Shown in pieces: positions 37,745-49,473 of a DNA stretch of 64,000 nucleotides. This DNA comes from Anthoceros angustus (Eukaryota > Plantae > Anthocerotophyta). Position 1 is the stretch's first letter. Every line of letters begins with the position of its first letter. Location of the stretch: positions 372,001 through 436,000 of the forward strand of contig MU008186.1 of assembly GCA_010909165.1 (NCBI GenBank), in the 5' to 3' direction. The translations under genes and the position numbers were made by a program. The notes beneath the pieces are model-generated. The model did no database searches, was not told the origin of the DNA, and saw only the letters and a program-made list of their open reading frames with translations.

Positions 37745-40700
37745 TTAACATGTATTTTGAGTTTCATTTTCTTCCTCGTCGCTACCGAACTTGTCTGCAG
37801 CTATAAATAAGGGTTTTTGTTCTGGTTGGGGAGGCCCTTCATCTCCAACCAAAAAGCTGTGTACAATTCCGTCCATGTCTGCCCACCAGCTCTGACCCGG
37901 CTGCTTCCAGGCCCTCGCTCTTGTTCTCCTAGCCTGCAACTCCTGGGCCTGCTCCCACATCTGGGCGGCGGTGTATAAGTTGGACATCAACACATATGCT
38001 GCTGCATCTTGCTCGTCCAACTCCACTGCTTTTTGGAAGGCATAGCGTCCCATCTCCACATTGTTCCACTTCCGACAAGCACCCAGCAGAGTGTGCCAAA
38101 CTGCAGCATTCGGAGGGACCGGCATTGTGCTCACCATATCGAGTGCCTCATCCAGCTGGCCTGCCCGGCCCAGGAGGTCCACCATGCATGTGTAGTGCTC
38201 CACACTGGGAGTGATCCCAAATTGCTTGCTCATGGCCTCGAAGCATTCTCTCCCCTTGTCTACCAGGCCCGTGTGGCTGCAGACAGTGAGTACACTGAGG
38301 AATGTGATGCCGACTGGATCTGTGCCAGCTTCTCTCATTTTCTGCAGCAAATCGAGCACCACTCTGCTGTTTCCTTGGCAGCTGTAGCCGGCAATCAAAG
38401 CACTCCAGGCGACAACATCTCTGTTCGGCAATGCATCAAAAACCTGCTGTGCATCCGCCATGCTCCCAGCCTTGGCATACATGTTTATCAAGCTGCTGGC
38501 GATGACGACGTCGGCTTGAAGACCCTGTTCTTCGATCTGTGCATGTAACTGCCTTCCCAGATGCAAGGCTGCCACATTTGCACATGCCTGCAAGAGGCCC
38601 AGAAAGGTGACGGAATTGGGCACAGCAATGCATTCTTGTTGCATTGCACTGTAAAGAGAGAGGGCTTCATGCCCCAGGCCCTGCTGGGAGTATCCCGCTA
38701 TCATGGCATTCCATGTTACCACATCCTTTTCACCGAGTCTATCGAAGGCTCGCTGAGCATCTTCCAAGCTGCCACACTTTGCGTACATGTTTACCAGGCT
38801 ACTGGCTACAAACACATCAGCTTCGTGTCCTTGTTCTCGAACTTGTGCATGAAGCTGCTTTCCCATCTCCAATGCCGAGGTGCCGATGCCTGCACATGCC
38901 TGCAGGAGGCACACAAATGTGACGGAATCAGGCACAGCTATGCCTTCGTCTTGCATTGTGCTGTAAACACGAAGGGCTTCCTGTCCCATGCCTTGCTGGG
39001 AGTACCCTGAGATCATGGCATTCCAGGTGACCACATCCTTTTGAACGAGGCCGTCGAACACACTCTGAGCATCTTCCAAGCTGCCGCACTTTGCATACAT
39101 GTTCACCAAGCTGTTAGCAACAAACACGTCAGTTTGAAGGCCTCGTTCTCTGATTTGCGCATGGAGCTGCTTCCCCTTCTCCAGTGCAGAGGTGCCCAAA
39201 CCGGCACATGCCCGCAGGAGGCTTACAAATGTGATGGAATCAGGTGCAGCGATGCCTTCATCTTGCATGCTACTGTAAAGGCAGAGGGCTCTATTGCCCA
39301 TGCACTGCTGGGCATACCCGGCTATCATGGCATTCCATGTCACCACATCTTTCTGACCCAGTCCGTCAAACAATCTCTGAGCATCTTCCACGCTGCCACA
39401 CTTTGCATACATATTCACCAAGCTGTTGGTTATAAACACATCAGCTTGATGTCCCCGTTCTCTGATTTGAGCATGGAGCTGCTTCCCCATCTCCAAGGCT
39501 GGGGTGCCCAAACTTGCACATGCTTGCAGGAGGCAAACAAATGTGACAGAATTAGGTACAGCCATGCCTTCTTCTTGCATAACACTGTAGAGGTGAAGGG
39601 CTTCCTCGCCCATGCCCTGCTGGGAATATCCTGCAATCATGGCATTCCATGTTGCGACCTCTTTTTGACCTAGGCGGTCAAATACTCTCTGAGCGTCTTC
39701 CAAGCTGCCACACTTTGCATACATGTTCACCAAACTGCTGGCCACACATCAGCTTGATGTCCTCGTTGTCTAATTTGTGCATGTATCTGCTTCCCCGTCT
39801 CCAGCGCCGTCGTGCCCACACTTGCACATGCCTGCAAGAGGCAGACAAACGTCACAGCATCGGGCACGGCAATCCCCTCTTCTTGCATGGCACTGTATAG
39901 ATGAAGGGCTTCCTGCCCCATGCCCTGCTGGGAATACCCTGCTATCATGGCAGTCCACGCCACGACATCTTTGTCAGCAAGTTCTTCAAACGCTTTGCGC
40001 GCCTCTTCCAAGCTGCCACACTTTGTGTACATATTTATCAAACTGCTGGCTACAAATTCCTCAGCTTGACTTCCTCGTTCTCGAATCTGCATATGAATTT
40101 GTTTTCCCTGCTTCAAAGCAGGGGTGCCCACAGTTGCACATGCCTGCAGAAGGCACACAAATGTCACCGAATTGGGTACGGCAATGCCTTCATCTTGCAT
40201 GACACTGTAAAGCTGAAGGGCTTCCTCGCCCATGCCCTGCTGGGAATATCCTGCAATCATGGCATTCCATGTTGCGACCTCTTTTTGACCTAGGCGGTCA
40301 AATACTCTCTGAGCGTCTTCCAAGCTGCCACACTTGGCATACATGTTCACCAAACTGCTGGCCACACACACATCAGCTTGATGTCCTCGTTGTCTAATTT
40401 GTGCATGTATCTGCTTCCCCGTCTCCAGCGCCGTCGTGCCCACACTTGCACATGCCTGCAAGAGGCAGACAAACGTCACAGCATCGGGCACGGCAATCCC
40501 CTCTTCTTGCATGGCACTGTATAGATGAAGGGCTTCCTGCCCCATGCCCTGATGGGAGTACCCTGCTATCATGGCAGTCCACGTCACGACATCTTTGTCA
40601 GCAAGTTCTTCAAACGCTTTGCGCGCCTCTTCCAAGCTGCCACACTTTGTGTACATATTTATCAAACTGCTGGCTACAAATTCCTCAGCTTGACTTCCTC

Positions 40701-42852
40701 GTTCTCGAATCTGCATATGAATTTGTTTTCCCTGCTTCAAAGCAGGGGTGCCCACAGTTGCACATGCCTGCAGAAGGCACACAAATGTCACCGAATTGGG
40801 TACGGCAATGCCTTCATCTTGCATGACACTGTAAAGCTGAAGGGCCTGCTGCCCCATGCCCTGCTGGGAATATCCTGCAATCAGAGCAGTCCAAGTCACC
40901 ACATCTTTTTGACCAAGTCCGTCAAACACTCTCTGAGCATCTTCAAGACTGCCACACTTTGCATACATGTTCACTAGACTGTTGGCTACAAACACATCAG
41001 CTTGATGGCCGTGTCCCCTAATTTGCACATGAAGCTGCTTCCCCATCCCCAAAGCTGATGTGCCCACACTTGCACATGCCTGCAGCAGGCACACAAATGT
41101 CACAGAATTGGGTATAACGATGCCTTCTTCTAGCATCACGCTGCAGAGACGAAGGGCTTCCTGGGCCATGCCTTGTTGGGAATACCCTGCAATTAGAGCA
41201 GTCCATGTCACCACATCCTTTTGAGCAAGTCCATCAAACACTCTCTGAGCATCTTCCAAGCTGCCACACTTTGCATACATGTTCACCAAACTGCTGGCTA
41301 CAAACACGTCAGGTTGATGACCTTGGTCTCTGATTTGCGCATGAAGTTGCCTTCCATTCTCCAATGCTGCGGCGCCCAAACCTGCACATGCCTGCAGGAG
41401 GCCCACAAACGTAACTGAATCAGGTGCTGCGATGCCTTCTTCTTGCATGATACTGTACAGACGAAGGGCTTCATGCCCCATGCCCTGCTGTGAATATCCT
41501 GCTATCATGGCATTCCAGGTTACCACATCCTTTCGACCAAGTCCGTCAAAAACTCTCTGAGCATCCTCCACGCTGCCGCACTTTGCATACATGTTCACCA
41601 AACTGTTGGCCACAAACACATCAGCTTGATGTCCTCGATGATTAATTTGCGCATGCAGCTCCTTCCCCTTTTCCAACGCCAGGTTGCCCACACTTGCACA
41701 TGCCTGCAGGAGGCACACAAAAGTAACGGAATCAGGTACAGCCCTGCCTTCCTCTGCCATAGCACCGTACAGAGCAAGGGCTTCCTGGGCCTTGCCCTGC
41801 TGGGAATATCCTCCGATCATGGCATTCCAGGTCACTACATCCTTGACAACAAGTCCGCCAAACACTCTCTGTGCGTCTTCCAAACTGCCACACTTGGCAT
41901 ACATGTTCACCAAGCCATTACCCACAAACAAATCAGGCTCACCACCCCTGGCCAACACTTCAGCATGCACCTGCTGCCCAGTTTTCAAGTCTGATCCCCT
42001 TGCACAAGCCTGCAGGGCTGCAACAAACACATGCCCATCTGGCTTCACACTCGACCTGCACATGCGATGATATAGTTGTATGGCCTGCTTCTCTTGCCCC
42101 TGTTTCACATGGGCAGAGATGATGGCAGACCAGGTGAAGGCATCTGGCCTGTCAACCTCTGCAAACACATCCATCGCGTCCTGCAACCTGCCATGGGAAG
42201 CATACATCCGCAAGAAATGGTTGCACAGGAACGTATCCGACTGGTATCCCTTCCTCACCGCCAAAGCATGAACCCGACGACCCAGAACCAGATCCTTCCT
42301 CTCTGCACATTTCTTCAGGGCATCAGAAAACAGAGATTTGGAAACACAACAGTCTCTCTGCACCAAAACCCCCAAAGCCTCCACAGCCTCAGTCATGCAG
42401 CCTTCATAACATAGCTTGCTCACGGTTTGAGTCGTTACCTCTCTTGCGTATCCTCTGTACCGGTCACAACCCAGCTCCATCCCCCCATCCATCTCCATAC
42501 CCACACCCATATCCATGTCCATACCCATACCCACACCCACACCTACGGCATCGACAACCCAAGCTGGCTTGTACAGTTTGTTTAACCACAGGACCTCCGG
42601 GGAAAATTGAGTCGAATTCTGGCTCTGCTTAACATGCCTGTTATCCCGCCAAACCAGGCATCCTCCTGGACAGCCTGGATTTCTTTCAAAAACACTGCAG
42701 ATTGCGGCTTCCTTGTTTCCCACTGCCTGGTTCGTTGAGCCAGGCGACCGGGAGCTCTTCCTGGAACACCTGCTAACCCGCAGCGAGATCGGATCCATGA
42801 AAACCGTCCCAACAATGGATCCTGCTGCTCTTTGCAGACAGCCATTGCACAT
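37745..42852 (-). pseudogene. Very long PLS-E+ PPR (~1,700 aa if repaired), split by a 4-nt deletion at ~39745; pseudogene or assembly error
   Basis: ORFs 39727-42864 and 37745-39745 form one PLS array; gccacacacacatc at 40361 versus gccacacatc at 39741; C-terminus WKQPGQSWWADMDGIVHSFLVGD. Confidence 0.85.
39595..40845. repeat. 624-bp intragenic tandem duplication (two 104-aa PLS triplets)
   Basis: Near-identical shadow ORFs offset by 624 (39770/40394, 39777/40401, 39901/40525). Confidence 0.9.
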
Positions 42853-43124
42853 GCTCGCACGCACGCATTAGCAAAGGCATTCGCTGCCTGCCGACACTGT
42901 CAAGCTTTGGTGTACTTAAGAACAGATGAGTGAAAACGCATAGGTACATACAAATAGGGGGTACCTTCGTACGCGAATCACGAATAAACGAATCACATGG
43001 TTAATCCACGAAACGCATCTCGTAGCATTCCGGCCTGGCACTGGCCTGTCTGGAGGCGCGGCTTCCTGGCTGGCTGGTTGCATCTCTTTCGACAAGCGAG
43101 GTGGCAAGGAAACAGCGCGGAAAG

Positions 43125-44757
43125 ATGGTGGCATCAGGGCAGCAGCGGATCGTGGAGAAGGCTGCCAGCGCAGTCACAGAGGAGAAAATGGCGGTGCTGG
43201 AGAAGACAACGGAGCATCTGCGAGAGCTGGATCGGCTGCGCAAGGAGCAGGACACCGTTCACCGCAAGATCAACAAAATTCACGTCAAGCTCTCGCAGAT
43301 AGGTATCGACGGGGCAGGGATGGAGCAGCTTGATTCAGAAGCAGCAATCTGAGATGACGACCGGCCGGAAAGGTGTCAAGTGTTTTGTTTAATGGCTTTC
43401 TTTGCATGTAATATGTGCAGACATATGTAAGGCTGAGAAATTGGGAGATAAGCTCTGGGTGAAGCTCCGTGGCTTGTATATGGCAGCAAAGTCGCTTGCG
43501 GAACAAGAGGAACAGTGAGTGAGTGACTGCTGGCAAGGGGGCGGGAGGTTTGTGGTTGACGTGCGGGATTTGGTGAGCTTACCAGGGTTTGGCGTGGCAG
43601 AACGTCGTTGGATTGTATTCGGGAACTGGATTCTTATTTAGCTCCTGTGCAAGGGCCTTCCAACAGAAAGAAACCAGGTTGTGTGTGGCAGCATTGTTTG
43701 ACATGCTTGCGCAAGCATGTTGCCGGGCATTACTGTAGGTGGTAACATTCAGGGCTTCATTTGCACCAGATGCGAGTGAACAGAAGAGAAAGAAAGCTAA
43801 GCAGGATAATGAGCCTGCGCGGCTGGCATCCCCAGTGCCCTCTCGGTTGCCTATCGACCATTCAACCATCTCCCTTGGTGATCAGGTTGCCAAGAACCTG
43901 GCTCTGTGTAGTGCTGTCTGTGTGCATGCTGTTAACAAGTAGTGTCGGCAGGTTTTCATGGTGGAGCAACCTGCAGGTGGCAGCTAGGGTGTCGGCGAAC
44001 GAGGCAGAGAAGGATGATTGGATAGTGGTAAAAGTCACACGGTTTGACCGTGAAAGCAAACAGTATGGATCCTCTGCTCTCCTCCGCTGTGCTAGTATCC
44101 AAGAGCATCGTGAAAGCTTGGGATTTTTATCTTCCATGAACTCTGACATGTTTGTGCAGGTATGAAGTTATAGATGAAGAACCTGGTGATGAGGAGGAGA
44201 GTGGGCAAAGGTTCGGGTCTCCAACTTCTCAAGAGTTTTACTTCCTTGTTAGAGCTTGTTTGACGGCTCAAGCTGAGTGATGTGCTTGTAGGAAATACAA
44301 GCTGCCAGCAGCATGCGTCATTCCGTTCCCCAAGCGGACAGATCCATCTAGTGCTCAAGATTTCCCTGTCGGCTCACAAGTTTTGGCTGTCTATCCTGGA
44401 ACCACTGCCCTGTACAGAGCAGTCGTTGTAGGTCCTGCAAGAAAGGTATCCTGCTTTGAGAGAAAGTGGAAACTTGGCCATTTGTTCTTGTACCCGCTAT
44501 TCCTGGCAATTTCTGACTGACGCGTTTCGTTCCCGGACCTTCTTGGGCTTCGCAGCGAAAGAGTGACGAGTAAGTCCCATGCAGTGAAATTGTGCTAGAA
44601 GGGTGATGAACGCGCTGCTGTGGCTCACGTGTTAATTCATTTTTGCAGCTACTTGCTAGAGTTCGATGACGATGAGGAAGAGGGGGTGGACGGCCTCCCA
44701 AAGCGTTCTGTCGTGTTCAACTATGTCGTCCAGCTTCCAGAAGGCCACCGTCAATGA
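43125..44757 (+). CDS. SGF29: SAGA-associated factor 29 (double Tudor), multi-exon
   Basis: ELDRLRKEQDTVHRKINKIH, GDQVAARVS..EKDDWIVVKV, YEVIDEEPGDEE, VLAVYPGTTALYRAVV, YLLEFDDDEE..LPEGHRQ*. Confidence 0.92.
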
Positions 44758-45023
44758 GGTAAGGAGGCAGTACAACGAAATATTCATTTCATATCAGCAA
44801 TGGCGCAAGCCTGAAGTAGACTGCCGAGTAGAACACAATTGGTGCTCACATGCTCCTGACCGTATTAGCACTCGTTCGAGAGACGAGGACATGTAACTTA
44901 ATACACTTCCTTGTGGAATGTGGCGATGTAATATAATGGTTCATCTCTTTGATCCACAGGTCCTGTGGATGACAACTTCTTGGTTTGCAGGGCTGCTGCT
45001 GGATGAACTTGCCACCTCCAGCC

Positions 45024-45386
45024 CTACTCTCCAAGCTCCTTTGACAGCTTCACCAGCTCCTCGCCTGTCTTGGCCAAGGTAGTCCCCGCCTTCTCTAAGG
45101 CCCTTCCCGTCTTGTCCACGATGCAGGCGAGATACAGTACTGATGCAGCCACACAGAGCAGGGCCGGCACCATGACCAGCGCCGGAACTGTGCCCGGGGA
45201 ATACACAAGCAGCTGTCTGGGAACAGGTTCTGCGACAGGATACTGCGCCTGCGCCTGCTCCTGCGCCAGATTGGAACCCACAGAGGACGGAGACACCGAG
45301 TCTGTGTCGTCAGTACTGTCGGCGCTCAGCACAAAGCTACTTGGCAGGAGCGCTAGCGTTCCCACTGCGCCGTTAATTAATTTCAT
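45024..45386 (-). CDS. Hypothetical small membrane protein
   Basis: ~120-aa ORF with one hydrophobic helix (VPALLCVAASVLYLACIV) followed by an amphipathic helix; no family recognised. Confidence 0.35.
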   Translation of the reverse strand: MKLINGAVGTLALLPSSFVLSADSTDDTDSVSPSSVGSNLAQEQAQAQYPVAEPVPRQLLVYSPGTVPALVMVPALLCVAASVLYLACIVDKTGRALEKAGTTLAKTGEELVKLSKELGE

Positions 45387-45687
45387 TTCGTCTTCCAACC
45401 TCGAACTCCAACTAGCTCGCTCGTCCTGTCTCGTCTATCACTGCGCAGCGGAGCAGAATGCTGCGGAGAGCACTGCATGTTTGCAAGACATCGTCCTCCA
45501 TAGCTGCGGGCAGGAGCAATGAAGGAAGGAGCGCCAAGCGATTCTCTCACTGTTTGGTGTTCTCCCTTCCCATTCCAGGCATCAGGTACGGTGACCGGGA
45601 ACCGGAAACGAACATCATTTTTCGCTTCCTAACGGATCAAACCGGTCATTTTCCAGGTCATCTCGGCTGCGTTTGGCGTACGAAGCG

Positions 45688-47988
45688 ATGGCCATGGCTG
45701 CGGGCTTAGCCGGACTAGCAGGGAGTGTTCCATCTCGACGACTGGCGGTGGAGAGTGTGCCTGTGCAAGCTCTGGTGAGCTTTTGTTAGCCTTATTGACG
45801 TGGACGAATAGCCGGAGCCGTCATTAGTGGGGAACGGGATAGTGTGGCTGAGGTGTGCCTGATTTCACAGGGAGCATTGCAAGGACCGCAAGTTGGCAAG
45901 CGGTGGACTGTAGCCGCAATAGGCATGTCGACCCGGCCCTCGATCCTCCATCCTGCGTCGATGCATGCGGTGAGAACGTCTGCGTCGACTTTTCAGGCGG
46001 CTGGGACGTTGCCTCAAGGCAGTTTGGATGTGGAGAAGCCGGTGGTGTCGTCGCAGTGGCTGCATTTCAATTTGCAGTCGGAGGATGTGAAGGTTCGTCT
46101 GCCAGACTCGAGTAACTTTTTGGATGAGCTCACAGGAACTAGGGGGTTTGCATATGAGTGAACGATGTTCGTCCGCGCAGGTGCTTGATGCATCGTGGTA
46201 CATGCCTGCAGAAGGACGAAGTCCTCGGAAGGAGTATGAGGTGAGGTGTCGCCCTTTCTTTTCTCAGGGTTGGTTGGCATCGGAGAAAATTTGTTTGGAG
46301 TGTGCTGCTTTCCCGAATGTTTGTTCAAATTGGACTGTTAGCAGGTGTCACACATCCCGAAGGCGCTGTTCTTTGACTTGGACAAAGTTGTGGACCTGTC
46401 CTCAAATGTGAGTAGTGAACTCATCCAACAGCAGCAGACAGCTAAGAGCTTCATTATCTAGGGCCTCACTATCTCTGCTGTCCTATCAGAGTATCGTTGC
46501 AAGTTCATCTATCAAAAGTTGAGGGTGTATTTCGTGAGTTTCGGACCTACTCTTAACTTTGGAAGAGATGTGATGCAGCTCCCGCACATGCTGCCCTCTG
46601 AGGATGCTTTTGCAGCTGCCGTGTCAGCTCTAGGCATTGAAAACAAAGATTTAGTTGTGGTGTACGATGGCAAGGGCATTTTCAGCGCTGCTCGTGTGTG
46701 GTGGTTTGTCTCTGGCACTTGACCTCATGTGGAATCTTCTGTTTTCGGGATCTCAGCTGTATCTGGTGTGCCTACGGTAAGAGAAGACAAATCTGGGATG
46801 TGGCAGGATGTTCAGGGTTTTTGGCCATGAGAAGGTAGTAGTCTTGGATGGAGGCCTACCTGGGTGGCGAGCGGCAGGGTATGAAGCTGAAAGTGGGGTG
46901 GCTACGGAAATCTTGGATAAAGTTGAAGCCTCAACTGAAGCCGTGAGGAAAATACACGATGGCGAAAAAGCTCTTCCGTGGGTGCCCTGTTTTCATGAAT
47001 TGAACTTCGCCGCTGAACATATCATCGAGAACGCGGTGTATGATAACTTTGTTTTTTTCTGCCAACAGAACTAACTTAACCTTCAAAGCTGTGCTGCAGC
47101 CAAATCTTGTTTGGTCCTTGGAGCAGGTACTCCTCTTCTTACCATTGCTTCCGCTAGTTTGTGAAGCCATTTTCTGCTGAGGATCATGTCCGTTGGTCAG
47201 TTTGATGTAGAAGGTTGGGGCTAATCTTAAGGGTTTTAAACAATCAGGTGAAGCAGAATATTGAAGAACACAATTTCGAGCTGGTGGATGCCCGCAGCAA
47301 GGCCAGGTCCTGCTTCTTCATTTTCTATCTGCATGCCGGTGAATGCTGTATTTGCAGAGGGCCGCTGGGATCTGTTTCTAGCACTGATTGCAGGCTTTAC
47401 ATATCTCCAGGTTTGACGGGACAGCACCAGAGCCACGGGCAGGCATCAGGGGGGGTCACGTGCCTGGAAGCAAGTGTGTCCCATTTACGGAGGCAAGAGC
47501 TTGCATCTTTCTTGGCCTTGGAAGCTGTCCTTGTGGGTGTTGGTCTATGATATACTGATGAAGGGTATATAGTCTGCTGTCCACAGGTTCTGAGTAACGA
47601 AGGCACTCTCCTACCGAAGGAAGACGTAGAGAAAAAGTTTGCAGAGGCTGGTACGATTTAGATAACGTTTTTCAGCAACGACCATGCAAACTGAGAATGC
47701 GCTAATTGCACTACAACGTTTCCCAAATGACAGATGTTGCGATCAACGGCCCCGTGGTAACGTCTTGCGGAACAGGAGTGACTGCCTGCATACTTGCTCT
47801 GGTAAGTAAGCTCATTTGAATGGTAGTTTCCCTTGTACCAGCGTGGGGGCTAAACTGTCACCCTTTCCTTGCAGGCCCTTTTCCGCTTGGGCAAGAAGGA
47901 TGTTCCAGTCTACGACGGCTCCTGGACAGAATGGGGGCTGTCTCCAGACACGCCAGTAGCTGTCACCAAGCAAGTGACCACATCCTAA
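45688..47988 (+). CDS. STR1: 3-mercaptopyruvate/thiosulfate sulfurtransferase (double rhodanese), organelle-targeted, multi-exon
   Basis: [67 protein letters not shown]. Confidence 0.93.
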
Positions 47989-48129
47989 GCTGCTCGTATG
48001 CACTCCCACTTGTAATTGAATGTTGTGTAAGCCCTGAGCAACGAAACATTCAGAAATCTCCTACCTATGTTGTCATGCTATGCATTTCGCAGTTCCTGAA
48101 TTCAGCAACACACACCACCCTGTCTGTGG

Positions 48130-48953
48130 TCATTGCAGAAAGTAGCCGGACAGAAAAAGTGCAAAGAAGAATGCCAAGCTCCCGTAGATCAAGAGACTCT
48201 TCTGCCCGGATGTTAGTGAGTTGCCACCCAGGCCGTAACTCTGGTTTTGTGCGAAGCCAGCCACCTCAATGCTCTTGCTCTTGAAGTAGCCCTGCGCAGC
48301 TCCGCATGTGGGGCAGCGCCAATCCTCTGGCAGATCCCTGAATGCCATTCCTGGTGCAATGGGGTAGTTCTTATCACCAAGAGCTTGGTCGTACACATAG
48401 CCGCAAGAGGAGCATTCATATACCCCCGTGTTCAGCACAGCAAACCGCTCCTCCAGCCCTTTCACAGCCCAACAAAGCACAAGACACTCTCAGTAAGTTC
48501 CTTCCTTCCTTCCATCGGTGGCATTGGCATGTATTTAGCAATCTGCTTGTACGCACACGGAGCTGCAGAACGAATGTGTACCTCTTCGAGGATCCAGCTT
48601 ATCCGAGCTTTGTGTGCTTGCAGAGGAAGCCTCATCCTTCTCCTCATTCTCCACATCCACAGGCCCCGCCTGGCAATGCACATCTTGTCTTTGCCTCTGC
48701 CTCCTCTTGCTGCTGTTGCCCACCACCGAGCTCAATATAGGCACACCGGCGAGTGTCTGACCACATGTCACTTGGTGCTAAGCATGGCAGCTGGAATTGC
48801 GCTGGGCAGGGCAGGGCAGGGCAGCAATGTCTTTCTCACCTGGGGCAATCCCCCCACCGTGACGGTGACCGGACGCAGCTTCGTGCATTCGCTGCTTCCA
48901 GCGGCGCAAGGCAGCAGAGTCCTGGCACACGCTCCACCCAAGCTCCCTGCCAT
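48130..48953 (-). CDS. RBD1: Thylakoid rubredoxin (PSII assembly), probably 3 exons
   Basis: FAVLNTGVYECSSCGYVYD...LPEDWRCPTCGA...AGFAQNQSYGLGGNSLTSGQKSLLIYG plus C-terminal TM helix. Confidence 0.93.
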
Positions 48954-49473
48954 GACTCTCTAGCAGTTACGCGCACCAATTTCAGCCCAACACTTCGCTT
49001 CGGTTTCAGCCTGAGCCACTTGTAGCTATAGCCCAACAGGATATTGACCAGTGAGAGAACGCCATGTGGATTTGATTAACCGGGACTTTGCGGGCGGATA
49101 TGACACGCTGGACCCAATGTAGACTGGGAGCATGCTGGCCTTGGTGAGAACTTGAACCTGAGGTAGGCATGGATACCACAGCACAGAATGAAGAGATTCC
49201 AGCAGCTGTGGTTCGAGACTGTGTGGAAGGTAAGTCATGTGTGATGTCTGCCCTCTCTTATCAAACTTTTGTGGGCATCCGAGGCATTCCAGTCCTCGCT
49301 CGATCATGCAGGACCTTTCTTTTTTTCATTGTGGAGAAGAGCTGTTTCTATGCAATCGCTCTCTGGATGTGAAGATACCTATGCAACGCTGAAACAACTA
49401 CCAAGCCTTGACCTCAGCCCGGCCAAGACGATGTCTTGCCAGGAGCTCTTGGGTCGACACTTCTCTCTGGACC

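Noticed and set aside
48247-48963. 238-aa + strand ORF
   Set aside because: Antisense to RBD1, no recognisable motif
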